A DNA stretch of 63,146 nucleotides, filler included, from Hausera hauseri (GCA_046269625.1; 11 parts of 11 records of this genome joined end to end with filler, not necessarily neighbours in it); one strand, 5' to 3'. Numbered from the whole stretch's first letter, positions 38,336 to 50,759 are shown. Made by a program: numbers and translations. Notes: a model not told the origin generated them from the sequence alone.

Positions 38336-39376
38336 TTAATCGAGATTTAGTTCAATGATATTAAGATCTACATTAATATTCGTGTTCTCAATATGCAATG
38401 AGTTTGTTAGATGATTAAATATTTGTCTAAATAAATGAACTTGTACTAAATATGAAGTATACATTGGAATAGCCGTGGAATGTAGCAATTGTTCGCTTAG
38501 TCGAATTATCAATACTGGATCTTTTTGGAGATTTGCAGCAATAGGGTGATGGCTAAGATTAAAGAAACCATTAGTATACGAAATAGGTATTTTTAAGGTG
38601 TACAGTAATAAATCAAGCTGTGTTGTAATTATAAATTTGTATTTTAATATGTCTTGTATTAAGGGTAAACAGTCTTCATTGTCAATTTTGTTTAAGGTAA
38701 GGTCATTGGTAATTCCTGTAAAATGGGTTCGCCAACCGACGACTTTGTGTCTGGGATACATCTGTTGTTGGAGTAGTATTTCGCCTCTGATATTTAATAC
38801 AGCGATGTCAATAATAGTCCGATTAATAAGTGTTGGATCTGATTGAGTAGTAACATAATTATAGGCCACAAAGACAAAATATGGTTCTAATTCTGATAAA
38901 GTCTGTCCAACTGGTAATGAGATATATTTGTTTACAAGTGAGACAGATGTTTTAATGGTGGTTGGTTGTCTGTTGATATCGGTACAAGCATAGATTAGTT
39001 TAGTTTGAGTTACTTCCACAGCAAATATACAGTCGGTTGAAGCGTAAAATGTACACGATAATAATTCCACAGGAGGGATTGTAATGATCACACTAGAGTT
39101 TTTTATTAGTTCGTGAGGAACGTCAAATATTGGGTCATTGTAAGTGACAGTGATAGATAATTTTCCAGATGCCAAATGTACAGCTATGACATCGAATTTT
39201 GCAGCTTTATCAATAAGGATAAATTGGAACAATGGACTGGTGATATCGGCGGCTATTTGCTGCAAACACATTTGTCTGGGGTATAATTGAAGTTTTTCAG
39301 ATGTTAGATTATTCGGGATAGCTGTTTGGTTAGGGAAAATTTGAGACAATTGATCTACACTCAGGTAAGACGCCAA
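38336..39376 (-). CDS. Protein with a C-terminal ISG20/REXO4-like DEDDh exonuclease fold, apparently catalytically dead
   Basis: IDIAVLNIRGEILLQQQMYPRHKVVGWRTHFTGIT..LPLIQDILKYKFII parallels RVSIVN..G..LYD.YVKP...VTDYRT..SGI..V..LLKGRILVGH; the ExoI DCE position reads AYN. Confidence 0.65.
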   Translation of the reverse strand: MASYLSVDQLSQIFPNQTAIPNNLTSEKLQLYPRQMCLQQIAADITSPLFQFILIDKAAKFDVIAVHLASGKLSITVTYNDPIFDVPHELIKNSSVIITIPPVELLSCTFYASTDCIFAVEVTQTKLIYACTDINRQPTTIKTSVSLVNKYISLPVGQTLSELEPYFVFVAYNYVTTQSDPTLINRTIIDIAVLNIRGEILLQQQMYPRHKVVGWRTHFTGITNDLTLNKIDNEDCLPLIQDILKYKFIITTQLDLLLYTLKIPISYTNGFFNLSHHPIAANLQKDPVLIIRLSEQLLHSTAIPMYTSYLVQVHLFRQIFNHLTNSLHIENTNINVDLNIIELNLD

Positions 39377-40029
39377 TGCGTCATAGAAAGCTTATGAATC
39401 AATATAAGGCTCCATTTTTAGTCCAATGCAAAACAAAGATATACAAGGGTATTATTTTCGTTAACTAAAACCTAAAATATTAAAACTAAGAGTACAATGA
39501 TATATGCTACTTATGAATTGAATACAATAATCATATAAGATGTAGAATTGTTAATATAGCTAAAACTAAGACATGCAATGAGATACATTAATTATTAATA
39601 GGACAAAATAATCACAAGATAGAGAGTGTTTGTATATAAGAGCAAGAATAAGACAATCATCCGATGATTAAGTAAAGATAATGACAGAAAACAAACAAAG
39701 TCAATAAAATGTTTTGAAATAATCAAATAAGAATTTCGCGACGTATAATGGCTAACAAGCGTTCGCGTTCAAGAGAACTAATTATAGGATCACGTTTTAA
39801 AGTGTCGTCAATCGTTAAGTTGCGATAAGTGTGGGTTTCTGGCAGGATGTCTGGTCATCGCATTAAGATGGAGACTGCTCCTAAGTTCGTGTTAAAAGCG
39901 CAGTTATAAGAGGGGTTTCCTCGTAAATGCCGTGAGTGTAATTAATATCAAATAAGTAAATTCTATTCTCAGATTTTTTACTTAGGAAGGTTTCTAATAA
40001 AAGGAATCATTTGAATACTATTGCATGGT

Positions 40030-40380
40030 GTAATGGGGTACTACGCAGTTGGAGTTGGTAAATGGCTTGGTATATTTTGTTGTCATATGCATAGTCGAAA
40101 TTCCGTGTTGCCAGATTATGTCAACCAAGTCCGATGGCGAGCAATAAAGGAATATCTCCATCTATATTTGGAATATGTAAAGGTGCACTTAATTGTATAA
40201 GCATGAGTATGAAAAAATCATGACACTCGCTCATAATCGCTAAATGAATAATTGTATTACCATTAGTATCTTGGAACTTAAGTGCTTCCGATACTTCATT
40301 GCCCAGTTGGGTTATAGGTTCTCTGGCTCTTTCCTCATTTCCTGATGCCACTGCTAACATTAATGGGGTTTTCCATCATT
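40030..40380 (-). pseudogene. Ankyrin-repeat protein fragment
   Basis: PLMLAVASGN, DTNGNTIIHLAI, NIDGDIPLLLAI repeats; frameshift and stop present. Confidence 0.8.
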
Positions 40381-41949
40381 ATTTACTGCCATGTATTCTA
40401 CTGGAACAGTGGACTCGTTGGTACATCCTAGCATGTAGCGTTCTGCTTTAGATAAAGGTTCCTTTTCATCATTTTCGACATATGAATTATAATCGCCGTT
40501 TTTGATAACCAAATCATAATCTAAATTGATCAAGGGGATTTCAAATGATCTGGCATTGAGTGTTATTTTTGGCGTGGCTAGGTGTGATTTTTGACGTTGA
40601 CGTAAATATGTATAAGTATTACCAACAATATGATTATGATCATAATAATACTACAAGAAATTGTCGGTAATAATAAAATTATTGTATAATTTAACTGTTT
40701 CCTAGTCCTGGGAGCCGACACTTTCTTTGTAGATATCTGGTTTCTGTAATGAAAGACAATGAGTTGTACTAGTTTAAAATGTCCTCTCTCTATTCCTTTT
40801 TTCATAATTTCTTCGAGAGTTTGTAGTGGTTGATATTGTTGAGGTCATTTCAATGTGGTGACATAGAGTATAGCTACGGTTTTTTCTCTGCCTATTGGGT
40901 CATAATAAATACGCTCTATATGAGCGATGTATGAATGTCGTGGTATTAATTGCGCACATTCCACCGACATGTTCGTGATAAAATGACAAGTATCAATGTG
41001 ATTGTTGTGTGATTATATAATTCGAGTTGGGTAAAATAAATAGTAAGCAATTAGATTTCAATGTAAAATAGATGATCAGTAGTGTAAATAAGACTGTTTT
41101 GTTCAGCTCCTGAAAATATGGATAGTTTTTGTATACAATATAACGGACATTGCTCACTCAGTATGTATTCGGACAGGAAGATAATATCTGTAGTAAAAAA
41201 AGTATTTCTCTGTTATCTTTGTGTGTACAGGATATAGGGGGTTCTTTATGTATGGTTTCTATGACGTATTGTTCTTCATTATGTCGTTTTGATGAACAAG
41301 TTAAGGTGTATTGGGTAGTTCCGATTTGAGGTTTTGCTAATGGAGTTTTCTTCACGAAGTCTATATAGGTTTGTATCCGTTGATTGGAATGGGACGTAGG
41401 ATAACAATGGATAATTGGTAAATCATGTTTAATTGCTTCTGCTATTTTCTTCCATCTGCCGTTTATTTTGTGAAGCATGTAAAAAATTAACGTGTATTCC
41501 TGTTCACGGAAGTAGTATAAAAATGCGGGTTCTGGATCACAACCCCCCGCGCCCCCCATGCAGCCAATCCGATGCGTGCTTGATGCGCACACCCGCACGG
41601 ACGGATAGATTCGGCGACGTAGGTTCCAAAAAACACACCGTGCACGGTGCACGGTGCACTCCGGAAGCAGGGGAGGTGCACGAAAAAAAGCGGATGTTAG
41701 AAGGAAGTGGTGCACGGTCATGTGTGGCACATAGAAATGATGGGGGNNNNNNNNNNNNNNNNNNNNNNNNNNNNNNNNNNNNNNNNNNNNTTAATTAATT
41801 AANNNNNNNNNNNNNNNNNNNNNNNNNNNNNNNNNNNNNNNNNNNNCACATTACATATGAACTCTTTTGTATGTACACACAACTTTTCTACAGCTGAAAA
41901 AGCATTGGTTGAGACATTTTCATTAGTGACACAGCGGCATTTATAGAAA

Positions 41950-42352
41950 CAAAGTGGGGTGGGAATACCACGACTTCTTTCTTCCGAGGTGGGAATAGTG
42001 AAACCCAATCTACCCAGAAAATGCTTTGTTCAAAATTGAAACAAAAGGGGTGGGAATAGTGAAACCCAGTTGGCACCAGAAAATGCTTTGTTCCGGGGTG
42101 GGAAATTGGCACCAGAAATTCCTTTAACTAAAATTAAAACAAATAAGGGGTGGGAATAGTGAAACCCAATTGGCTCCAAAAATCCTTTGTTCCGGGGTGG
42201 GAAAACCCAATTGGCTTTGTTCCGGGGTGGGAATAGTGAAACCACGGCTGAGCCACTTTCCTTTGTTCCGGGGTGGGAATAGTGAAAACACGGCTGAGCC
42301 ACTTTCCTTTGTTCCGGGGTGGGAATAGTGAAACCACGGCTGAGCCACTTTC
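41950..42352 (+). repeat. Degenerate minisatellite, ~30-60-bp unit with core GGGGTGGGAATAGTGAAACC, about 9 copies
   Basis: Directly visible; the last three ~46-bp units are nearly identical. Confidence 0.9.
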
Positions 42353-42517
42353 CTCTCTGATTGGTCACTTTTCCTTCCACATTTCCTACTCCACCATGAC
42401 GTGGCCTCTTCTCATTGGCCAGTTTTCCTTACCCCCATGACGTGTCCTCTTCTCATTGGCCAGTTTTCCTTCCCGGGGGGGGGGTTGGCTCAGTGTCCTC
42501 ACATCCTACTACTAACA

Positions 42518-44640
42518 TACTATGCGTATCAGATAGACAATTATACTAATACTTATCAAAAGGTCGTTGTTAAAAAACAAAAGAAACGATGCAAATGCCC
42601 TCAAAGCAACGTCACAACAGTTTGTGAAGATGATACGGTAATGACAACAACAATTAGTTATACACTAAATACTGATAAAGACTCATGTTGCCGACACGTT
42701 GACGTAAAACCCATCTCGACGATCGTATGTACTAAAAACAAAACCTTCGTTGGTATAGTAAAGAAAGAATGCAATGACAATACTGGAATGAAAAATATAA
42801 CAAAACAATATATTCAAGCTATCGACTGTAAATGCGTAACAACTTATGAAGTTCGTCCATTGCTCTGTCTTTGTGAAAAAATATATCCACCTGAAACAAT
42901 TGAATATTACAAAGATAATTACATTTACATTATTGAAAAAAGAAAGCCGGACTGTAATGAGACAGATGTACAGTGGATCATTACTAGAGAAGAACATAAA
43001 CTAGAAAATTGTGACAGAATTGAAGTTGAAGTCGGAGATTGTCAGCCATATTATCAAGATAATGCGGTATCAGCCTGTACTGTCAAAAAAATTCGATACT
43101 ATTCCGCAAATTGCAAAGGTGTTAGAAAAGTCATTCAGGAAAAGATCGAACATTACAAGTGCAAAAGTAGCAGTGAGACCGGTTTGTTTAACATCAAACA
43201 AAAACATTACAACTATCGATTACGTCTTACAACATGAACTTTTTGCGAAAAAAGTTTCGAGCAGAATAGACGATATGCCGTGTCCATCACAGCCACAAAT
43301 TACGAAAACTGAATGCAAAGATAATAATTACACGGTGACAAGAAAAACCTATTACGTTACCAGTTGTGAATGCAAATCAAACTGCACGACAAAGATCTGC
43401 GATTGCCAATGTCCCGATAATTCCATGAGAGAAGAATGTTCCAAAAACTGCATGAATAATATCTTCAAAACATCATACACATTGGTGGACTGTGTGTATT
43501 AAACACAAGACTGTGGAGCAAAGATATCCAGTTTGTCAAAATATCACGGAGAAAGAAATCGGTGACTGTGACAAGAGTAATGACACTGTTTATCAAGAAA
43601 TTATCCATCGCTCATTGCGAAAAAATTCCGACACGTGTGAAAGCACAGTAAACGAAGTAAAAACAAAAAAAAGTGTTATTGTGCAGAAAACGAGAAAATT
43701 GTTAGTGTATTGATAATAAAACCATTGAAATTCAAGTTAGGAAACGAATCATAAACTATGATACAAATAATTGTGAATGGAAACTGCTCATCCAATCGAA
43801 ATGCTACGTGTCCAAAAACCGAAATTGTCAACGTTTGCAATAACGTCACCGGGAAAACAACAGAAACGACGACAAGATATGACGTACAGAACTGTGAATG
43901 TGTGAAACACGTATCGGTTAATGAATATGACTGCGGTTGTACCAAAGAATGTAAACTGTATGAACGAGGAAATTGTTCCGGTCCACCAGATTGTGTAAGA
44001 ACTGACCTTTACGTTCGAAAAGTCTTACAGAATCGTCATTGCGTTGATGTTTACGAAAATCGCACAATGAAATGTTGCTGTTATCCCTACAAAGATCAGA
44101 AAGAAAAATACGAAAAAAACGTTAACGTTATTACAAAAATTACGTGTACACTAGCTGATGGAGTTTGCATTGCTTCGGAACAATACTCGAGAGATGTCGT
44201 ATTTTGCCCATTGTTTATTCGATGGGAAAATGGAGACTGTGGACCCGACGGAGTAATGATTGTTGAATGTTATCTCTTGAAACCGCGGAACTGTAAATGT
44301 GTTCCAACTCAGTTTAATAAATACCCGTGTGCTTGTAAGTGCCCAGATGACACAACTGAAACAACTTGTGACGTTAAAGAACGAGTCTGACAAACGATTA
44401 CAACAACGTACAACATATCAAATTGCACGTGCGTTCCCCAACAGAGTATTGATCGAAAGAAGATCTGTTGTCCGGATCAATCTACGATTATTACCAAATG
44501 TGAAAAACAAGGTAGATCGGACTATTCAACTCAAAACGTTATTACGACCACTTATAAATTGGATGATAAGTGTGAGTGTGTTTCACAAAATTTTACTATT
44601 GTAGTCATTTGTCAGTGTGATAGAAACGAACGTACCCAAA
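42518..44640 (+). pseudogene. Cysteine-rich repeat extracellular protein, frameshifted
   Basis: Recurring C-x-C-P..C..Y....C-K/E-C-V units across ORFs at 42401, 43011, 43492 and 43758 in shifting frames; similar to Cys-rich repeats I recall from large flatworm secreted proteins. Confidence 0.7.
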
Positions 44641-44799
44641 CAAAAAGCAGAGAAAACCAACAAAATCGTAACTTGCGGCAGTTCCGATTGGAAACTTATC
44701 AGTGAATCTTTAGCCGATGAGAATGGTTCCATAAATAGTTACATAGCTGATATTACCGAACAAAGTTTCGATAATCTGCAGATAGCTAGTCTCAATCAG

Positions 44800-45003
44800 G
44801 AAATCTTCTTTGTTAAAGAATTTAAAGATGTTGTACTTAATGTGGATCAGAATCTCTGTTTGGAATGCAAAGTTACTCAAACACTATATATCTCTGTGGA
44901 GTGGTTTAAGGATCTAACACTCATAATTTCGAACAGTCATGTAGCCGTAACGTATGATTTGGGAAAATGTCTTCTGATAATTCCTGAAGTAATGTATAAA
45001 GAT
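44800..45003 (+). pseudogene. Ig I-set (titin/obscurin-like) domain fragment
   Basis: FVKEFKDVVLNVDQNLCLECKV....VEWFKD....KCLLIIPEVMYKD; cut before the G-x-Y-x-C strand. Confidence 0.7.
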
Positions 45004-46334
45004 ATGAAAGAAGACAAATCATATCAACTGAACTTCGATACATGCCTTTCCGAATCTCGTCGAACAATTATTAGTCTCAGAGCACATTGGGATAATGTCC
45101 ATTATAATGAGGAAATTATGTCGACGTTGAAGCAGATGTATTATGACCGGTTTGGTAATGTTGGTGGTGTTGGTCATAAAGCAGTGACAAATCTGCAGAA
45201 AAAGGGTGCTAGTGAAGTAAAAAATTCGGATTATCAAAATACATTTCCGATGGAATCTATTAGCAAAGATTCCACAATACAACCGATAACGACAAAAAAT
45301 TTATCTTTATGCATTTCGCAAGAGTGATAACCATATCGGTTTGTATTCCAGACGAAGAAAAAACATTGAAAGAAAATTTAATAGTATTGATAAAACAGCA
45401 AGTCCAACAAGGAATTGGACAATTTTGAAGAATTTCTTTTATTATAAAGGCGTAAAAGAAAAACGTATTTTGCAGAACATGCTCGAAACTTTCTAAATTT
45501 CGAACTATCGGTTGATAGATTCAGGAACTACTGTGATGAAATTTGTGGTAACAAAAATGATTTTTCGGTTTTGAAACACGAATATGAGGAGAGATATGGT
45601 ATAAATTTGCCGGTTACAGTTAACAGATATATTGAAAATTATTTGTGTTCGATGGATGTTGATACATTTATGGACAAGCGTTCAGAATTTAAAGACGTAG
45701 ATAAAACGTACAGAAAAGATATACCGAATATGAAGCTAACAACCGTATGCCTCCAAAATTCCGAAGATAAAAATGTCCTATCAGATAATGATATAAGATG
45801 GGGTGATAAAACACAATCAAAAATTTTACCTCGCAACTATTCTAAGAGAAACGCGGTTTGTGAAGTTGTTCGCGATGAGGTCACAGGCAAAAGTCGCGTA
45901 GAGGACGGTCTTCATTTTATGAGAAAAATTTTTGAGAAATATTTTCCACTATTGTCACTGGAAGAAGATAGTTGGCTGGGATGTCTGTCAAAATTAACAG
46001 GAGCGTGTAATGAATNNNNNNNNNNNNNNNNNNNNNNNNNNNNNNNNNNNNNNNNNNNNTTAATTAATTAANNNNNNNNNNNNNNNNNNNNNNNNNNNNN
46101 NNNNNNNNNNNNNNNATGAAGCGGATTCAGTCACATGAGCACAAAATTCTATCAGTTGTGATGCGGAAGAAAAGTCTGGATTGGTTCGATGATAAGAGGA
46201 ATATTCAACAAGATGGGATTCGGACGCTGCCTCATGGACATTATCTGTTGTAAATAATGTTTTTTGTACATATCTTTTATTGTTGTTGTAATGTTATGTG
46301 AATAAAAGTTTAAAAAAATATTTTTTTTGATTAA

Positions 46335-46450
46335 GTAATGTGGGTGGTGGGGTAAGGCCAAGTAAAAATAAGTAATGACTATATAGGATAAGGCCGAGTA
46401 AGTAAATGACTATATAGGATAAGACCAAGTAAAAGCCAAGTAATGACTAT
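46335..46450. repeat. Short tandem repeat (aagtaatgactatataggataag, 2-3 copies) next to a G-rich PPT-like tract; probable LTR start
   Basis: Directly visible; minus-strand GGTGGGGGG at 46452-46460. Confidence 0.6.
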
Positions 46451-46709
46451 ACCCCCCACCGGGGGGGGTCGGTGGTGCAGAATGCCCATTTTTACACTAC
46501 TAGCAATGTTATGAAAAGTATCTGGAGAATCTCCATAATTGACATAATTAGGGCATGTATATTTGGTTGAGCGGTAGTTGGTGTATCCATTGGTCTTCCA
46601 TACCATTCTATACTTGTCGTATTATTCGTTAAACTTGGCCACCATCCGCCTCTGCATTGAACCCAGTTTTCTAACGTATTTTTGGAACCTTAACTGCTAC
46701 TTTAATGTT

Positions 46710-47707
46710 TCATTTGATTTCTTCTAAGTGATTGATCACAATTACTTTATATAAAAGGTAGACTACAGCTGTTTGAGCTTTTTCCCGCGTAATGCCTCTT
46801 GAAAACATCTTTTCCAAAATGTCTTGTTCGTGCATTTCATTGATTTGATCTTCGTTAATGATTTCGTAGAACTGTCTGCTAATTCGTAACATACCGTTAT
46901 ATAATGTTTGAAATAAATCACCCGGAATTGCTACCTGCATATCAAAAGATGCAAATGATGTATGAAGCTTTGCTAGCAAAGTTTTTAAAAGCGGGTCTAT
47001 ATCTATGGATTCTGGCGTAGCGTCCGTTCCTGCCAGTAATAAACGTCTCACTATTTTGTTATTTCTATCCTTTTTATTGCGGATGTCGCTTATCGTCGTT
47101 CCTTTGGGTCTTCCTCGTCTTTTAGCTTCTGGTTGAACTGTAACGTCTTGGGTATCACTTACCAGGTGCTCTCCTACTTCTTGGGGTTCTATCTCCCTGA
47201 TTATATTACCTATCATTTCTTAAGCATTTGCATCCGCATGTATTTCAGTTATCGTAATTGGGTTGTAATTTTCACTTCTGCAATTAATTTTTAATAAATT
47301 ACCGCAGTTGTATAATGTTCTTCCGTGGAAATATAATTCATACATTTTCTCTTTGTAAACTGGCTCTACTTCTTCTATCTTTTCTTTTTTAACGTTAATA
47401 TATCATCTGTTTCATTCATCCTGACTACTCTCATGTCTTGATTTCCTTCTTTTAACGTAACTCTTACCGTTTCATTTCTCACTTTCTCATCTTCAGCCGC
47501 TGTGGCTAATACCGTGCGTGCAATTTCTCTTACAGGATTAGTGTCATGAGAAAGTAGTAGCAGTTGAAACAAAATTTCGTTTATTTTCTCTGGCGGTACC
47601 TTGTTATTAATTTGCTTAATTATTGTAGTGGTTGCTCCATTTACGTTGAGTATGTTTTCAGGATCGATAGTCACTATTAGTTGAATGATATCATCTTTTT
47701 CGTCCAA
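46710..47707 (-). pseudogene. Retroelement-associated ORF with a ubiquitin-like domain (~47250-47470) and an AT-hook
   Basis: VRVTLKEGNQDMRVVRMNETDDILTLK(fs)KIEEVEP..YELYFHGRTLYNCGNLLKIN; KRRGRPKG. Confidence 0.55.
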
Positions 47708-48599
47708 ACCTACATTGGTGTCTTGTAGTATTTGTTCAAATACTGCTTTATCAAATACTCTAGTGGGTTGACTTTAGTCTTGATCTGATAATGGCGTGCT
47801 AAGACCACTTTTCGGTGCACTGAGGTTACTTTTATTTCGTCCTCTTTTCTTCATTTCCTTTTCTATTTCACTCCTTTCCGCTGATGTCTCTCTTGATTCA
47901 ACATCAATTATTTTTTTTTACTTTTCTTTGTTCCTTAAAGAGATACTTTTTCTTTTGGTTTGTCTTTAACCATATAAACACTATTTTCTCTTAGTCGTTA
48001 TGGTGCCCACATTGGCCCACCCAAAAAATGACAAAATATTTTGGGATCATATAGTCATGATTCTTTTTTTTGTTTAAATATTCATGACGGCAACTTGTAA
48101 AAAAATTTGAAAAAAATACAGACATTTTAGAATTATTTTTTATTTTGCACCTTCTAGAACATTGTTTTTACAAAGAAGTTGGTAGTATGTTTCTCATTTA
48201 ATTCAAATTCTTTAAATTCAGTTTTATCGTCAACGTTATAAATTTCTTTCACATACAATTTTTTGAGCAACGTCAAAGGACATTCAGAAAACCAAACCTT
48301 TCCAATATTCAACCAACAATTCAAATGTCCAAAAATCTTCCCAACTTCAATGACAATTCTCGTTCCAAAAAAGAATCTTTCAGTCGTCTTTGTCGCGTTT
48401 TGTAATCATTTAGCTCCATGGCTAGTTAAGTTTTCACACGTTGGTAGATTATATCGTTAACATAATTTACACTTTCTTTCATTTTATCTTTCTTCTTAGA
48501 TTTGTGTTCACTAGTACTATCCTCCATCTCGTATTTTTTATCAGACAATTCCTCTTATGTATAATCTTTCTTTTGCTGTTTATTCTTATAAGTCTTCGA

Positions 48600-49572
48600 G
48601 GATTCCCTTCTGCGCCATCTGCATGTCTTTGCTATATGCCCATATTTTTGCAATTAAAACATTTCAATTTCCCTTCGGAGTCTGCATTGGACAATGCTCT
48701 TCATCTTTAATAATAGATTTCTTTTTATAGCTTGACTTTTCCCCATCGTTCTTTAACTTAAACCTCACTTTCTTTTCTACGTCTGATTCAGCTTCTGTAG
48801 CTGACGTTTGTGAGGGACTTTGGTTTCTGGCATATCGTTCATACCTTTTTGTGTCATTATTTTGTCGTCTGTCCGTATTATTTATACCACTTTTGGACTT
48901 GTTCCACCTGTACAGTTCGGCATCTCGTTTGGCTTTACGTGCTTTCCTTATGGCCTCTTGAAACGTAGGTGGGTCGGCCTGCAGGATTATCGTTCTTGAT
49001 TTTCCTTCTAATCCGTATTGGAATTGAGCCAGCAAAGCGTTACTTCTTATCGTTGCGTCCGGATATTCCCTTGCTGCTAACTTTTCCAGTGCAGAAAAAA
49101 ATTTTGGACCGTCTCGTCTTTTTGTTGCCTCCTTCTTATAAATTCTTCGATTCTCCTTTTTCCGGAGAGGTCTACTAGAAATTTTTGAGGCAGTTTATCT
49201 TTGACGGTTTTCCAATCCTTTTTATCATCTTCTGGCATCTGGAAGTAAATCGTTAGGGCCGTCCATTTCAAATGTAGGGGTAACCTTTCCGTCCTTTGTT
49301 GTTCGTTGCAACCGAAGCTTTGTGAGTACACTTCGTACTCCATGATGATATTCTGTATGTCCTCCTTTCCTGAGAATTTCTGGATCACTTGTTATACATT
49401 ATGGTTTGCTATTCCGCTTTCTTCTTCGCTTAAATTCTGTACGTATTCTAATCCGTAGGGTTCGTTTTCTTCTAAGCCTACTTGGTATAACTTTCCTTTT
49501 CTCGTCGTAATTTTTGAAACGTCTTATAATATAAAGGTCTTTTTAAATAAGTCCCGGGTCACGGCATCAATT
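48600..49572 (-). mobile_element. Gypsy element 5' region: LTR end, tRNA-His-like PBS (49552-49569), gag with a CCHC knuckle, degenerate
   Basis: ...AACA-AT-TGATGCCGTGACCCGGGA; gag KFSGKED..RLPLHLK..RRQQKDETVQNF..QFQYGL..PPTFQEAIRKA; KCFNCK(fs)YGHIAKTC. Confidence 0.85.
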
Positions 49573-50759
49573 GTTCAATCCTCACTAATTCAGTTCTGGG
49601 AGAGACATTAATTTCGTATAAAGGTAAATTAATGGGGAGAACAAGGTTACTTTTAACGTTTAGACGCGATGTACGGAAGGCGAAACAAACACAAGGACTA
49701 TACCTAACTCTATCCTATGTCTGTATGTGCAAGTAGTGTGACAGTAATAGCCGATGTTTAACTTTAACTAAGCTACTTAACTTTATATTGTCTGTCGCCA
49801 GGTAGGATTGACCTGGTCGACAAATTTCCAAATTTACTTTAAAAGTGAAAAGATCTTTATAGAAAAACAAATATATAATTAAGGAAGGAAAATGAGAACA
49901 TTAACAACATGAACTAAAACTAAAGTAAAAACACTTACGAGTAGACATAGTGATTACAAAAATTCTTCACAGTGAAAATTCACAAAGTTCACAAGGTTCA
50001 GTTTGATGAGAAAATGTTTCTGCTTATATAGTCCTTTGCAGGGGCACAAAGATTAAATAAATCATGTGTATAACCAATAAATAAAATTTCACTTTGAATG
50101 ATCGGTTAATGATAATAATGCGCATATGAATCGTTAATCGAATGATCCAGCGAATTCCATGATCAATTCAATAATAAAGTCCATGTGTTTACTTATTGAT
50201 TTGAATGATCAGTTCACGATTAGTTTGAATAATCAATTCACAAACAGAGCAATCGAATATGATCAAAAATTACAGTGGGTGGTGTAAACAGCCGATAATG
50301 CTATTACCAATTATCGCATAGCTGTAAGATGAAAAAATTGGTGGTCACTATTGCCAAACTGCGCGGAAATTGCATTGTTTTACAGCTTTATTTTTATCCT
50401 TTTATAGGAGTGATATTTTTACTCTCTCACACGAACAATGTGCATATTATGTTGATAATTAGTAGTAATGAGAATTTGTTCGATTTTCAATGATCAACTG
50501 ATTAATCGGTGAAAGCCTGCTTTCGATTGTTAAATTTTTGTAAAATTTTCAAATGTTTTAAAAAAATTTTGGTACACAACAGCTGTTTATTCAGTAGTTA
50601 CAAAACGGTTATCTGGCTTTTTGGAACCTTGTTAAATTATGATAACTTTGATGCATCTTNNNNNNNNNNNNNNNNNNNNNNNNNNNNNNNNNNNNNNNNN
50701 NNNTTAATTAATTAANNNNNNNNNNNNNNNNNNNNNNNNNNNNNNNNNNNNNNNNNNNN

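Noticed and set aside
41950-42352. CRISPR-like repeat-spacer appearance
   Set aside because: The inter-core sequences are themselves repeated and variable in length, and there are no cas genes in this eukaryotic context; it is a minisatellite.
46116-50659. Contig 9 as one intact LTR-to-LTR element
   Set aside because: The putative 3' LTR start (~46451) does not match the visible 5' LTR, and unrelated-looking sequence at ~48000-48440 separates gag from the Ubl ORF, so linkage is unproven.
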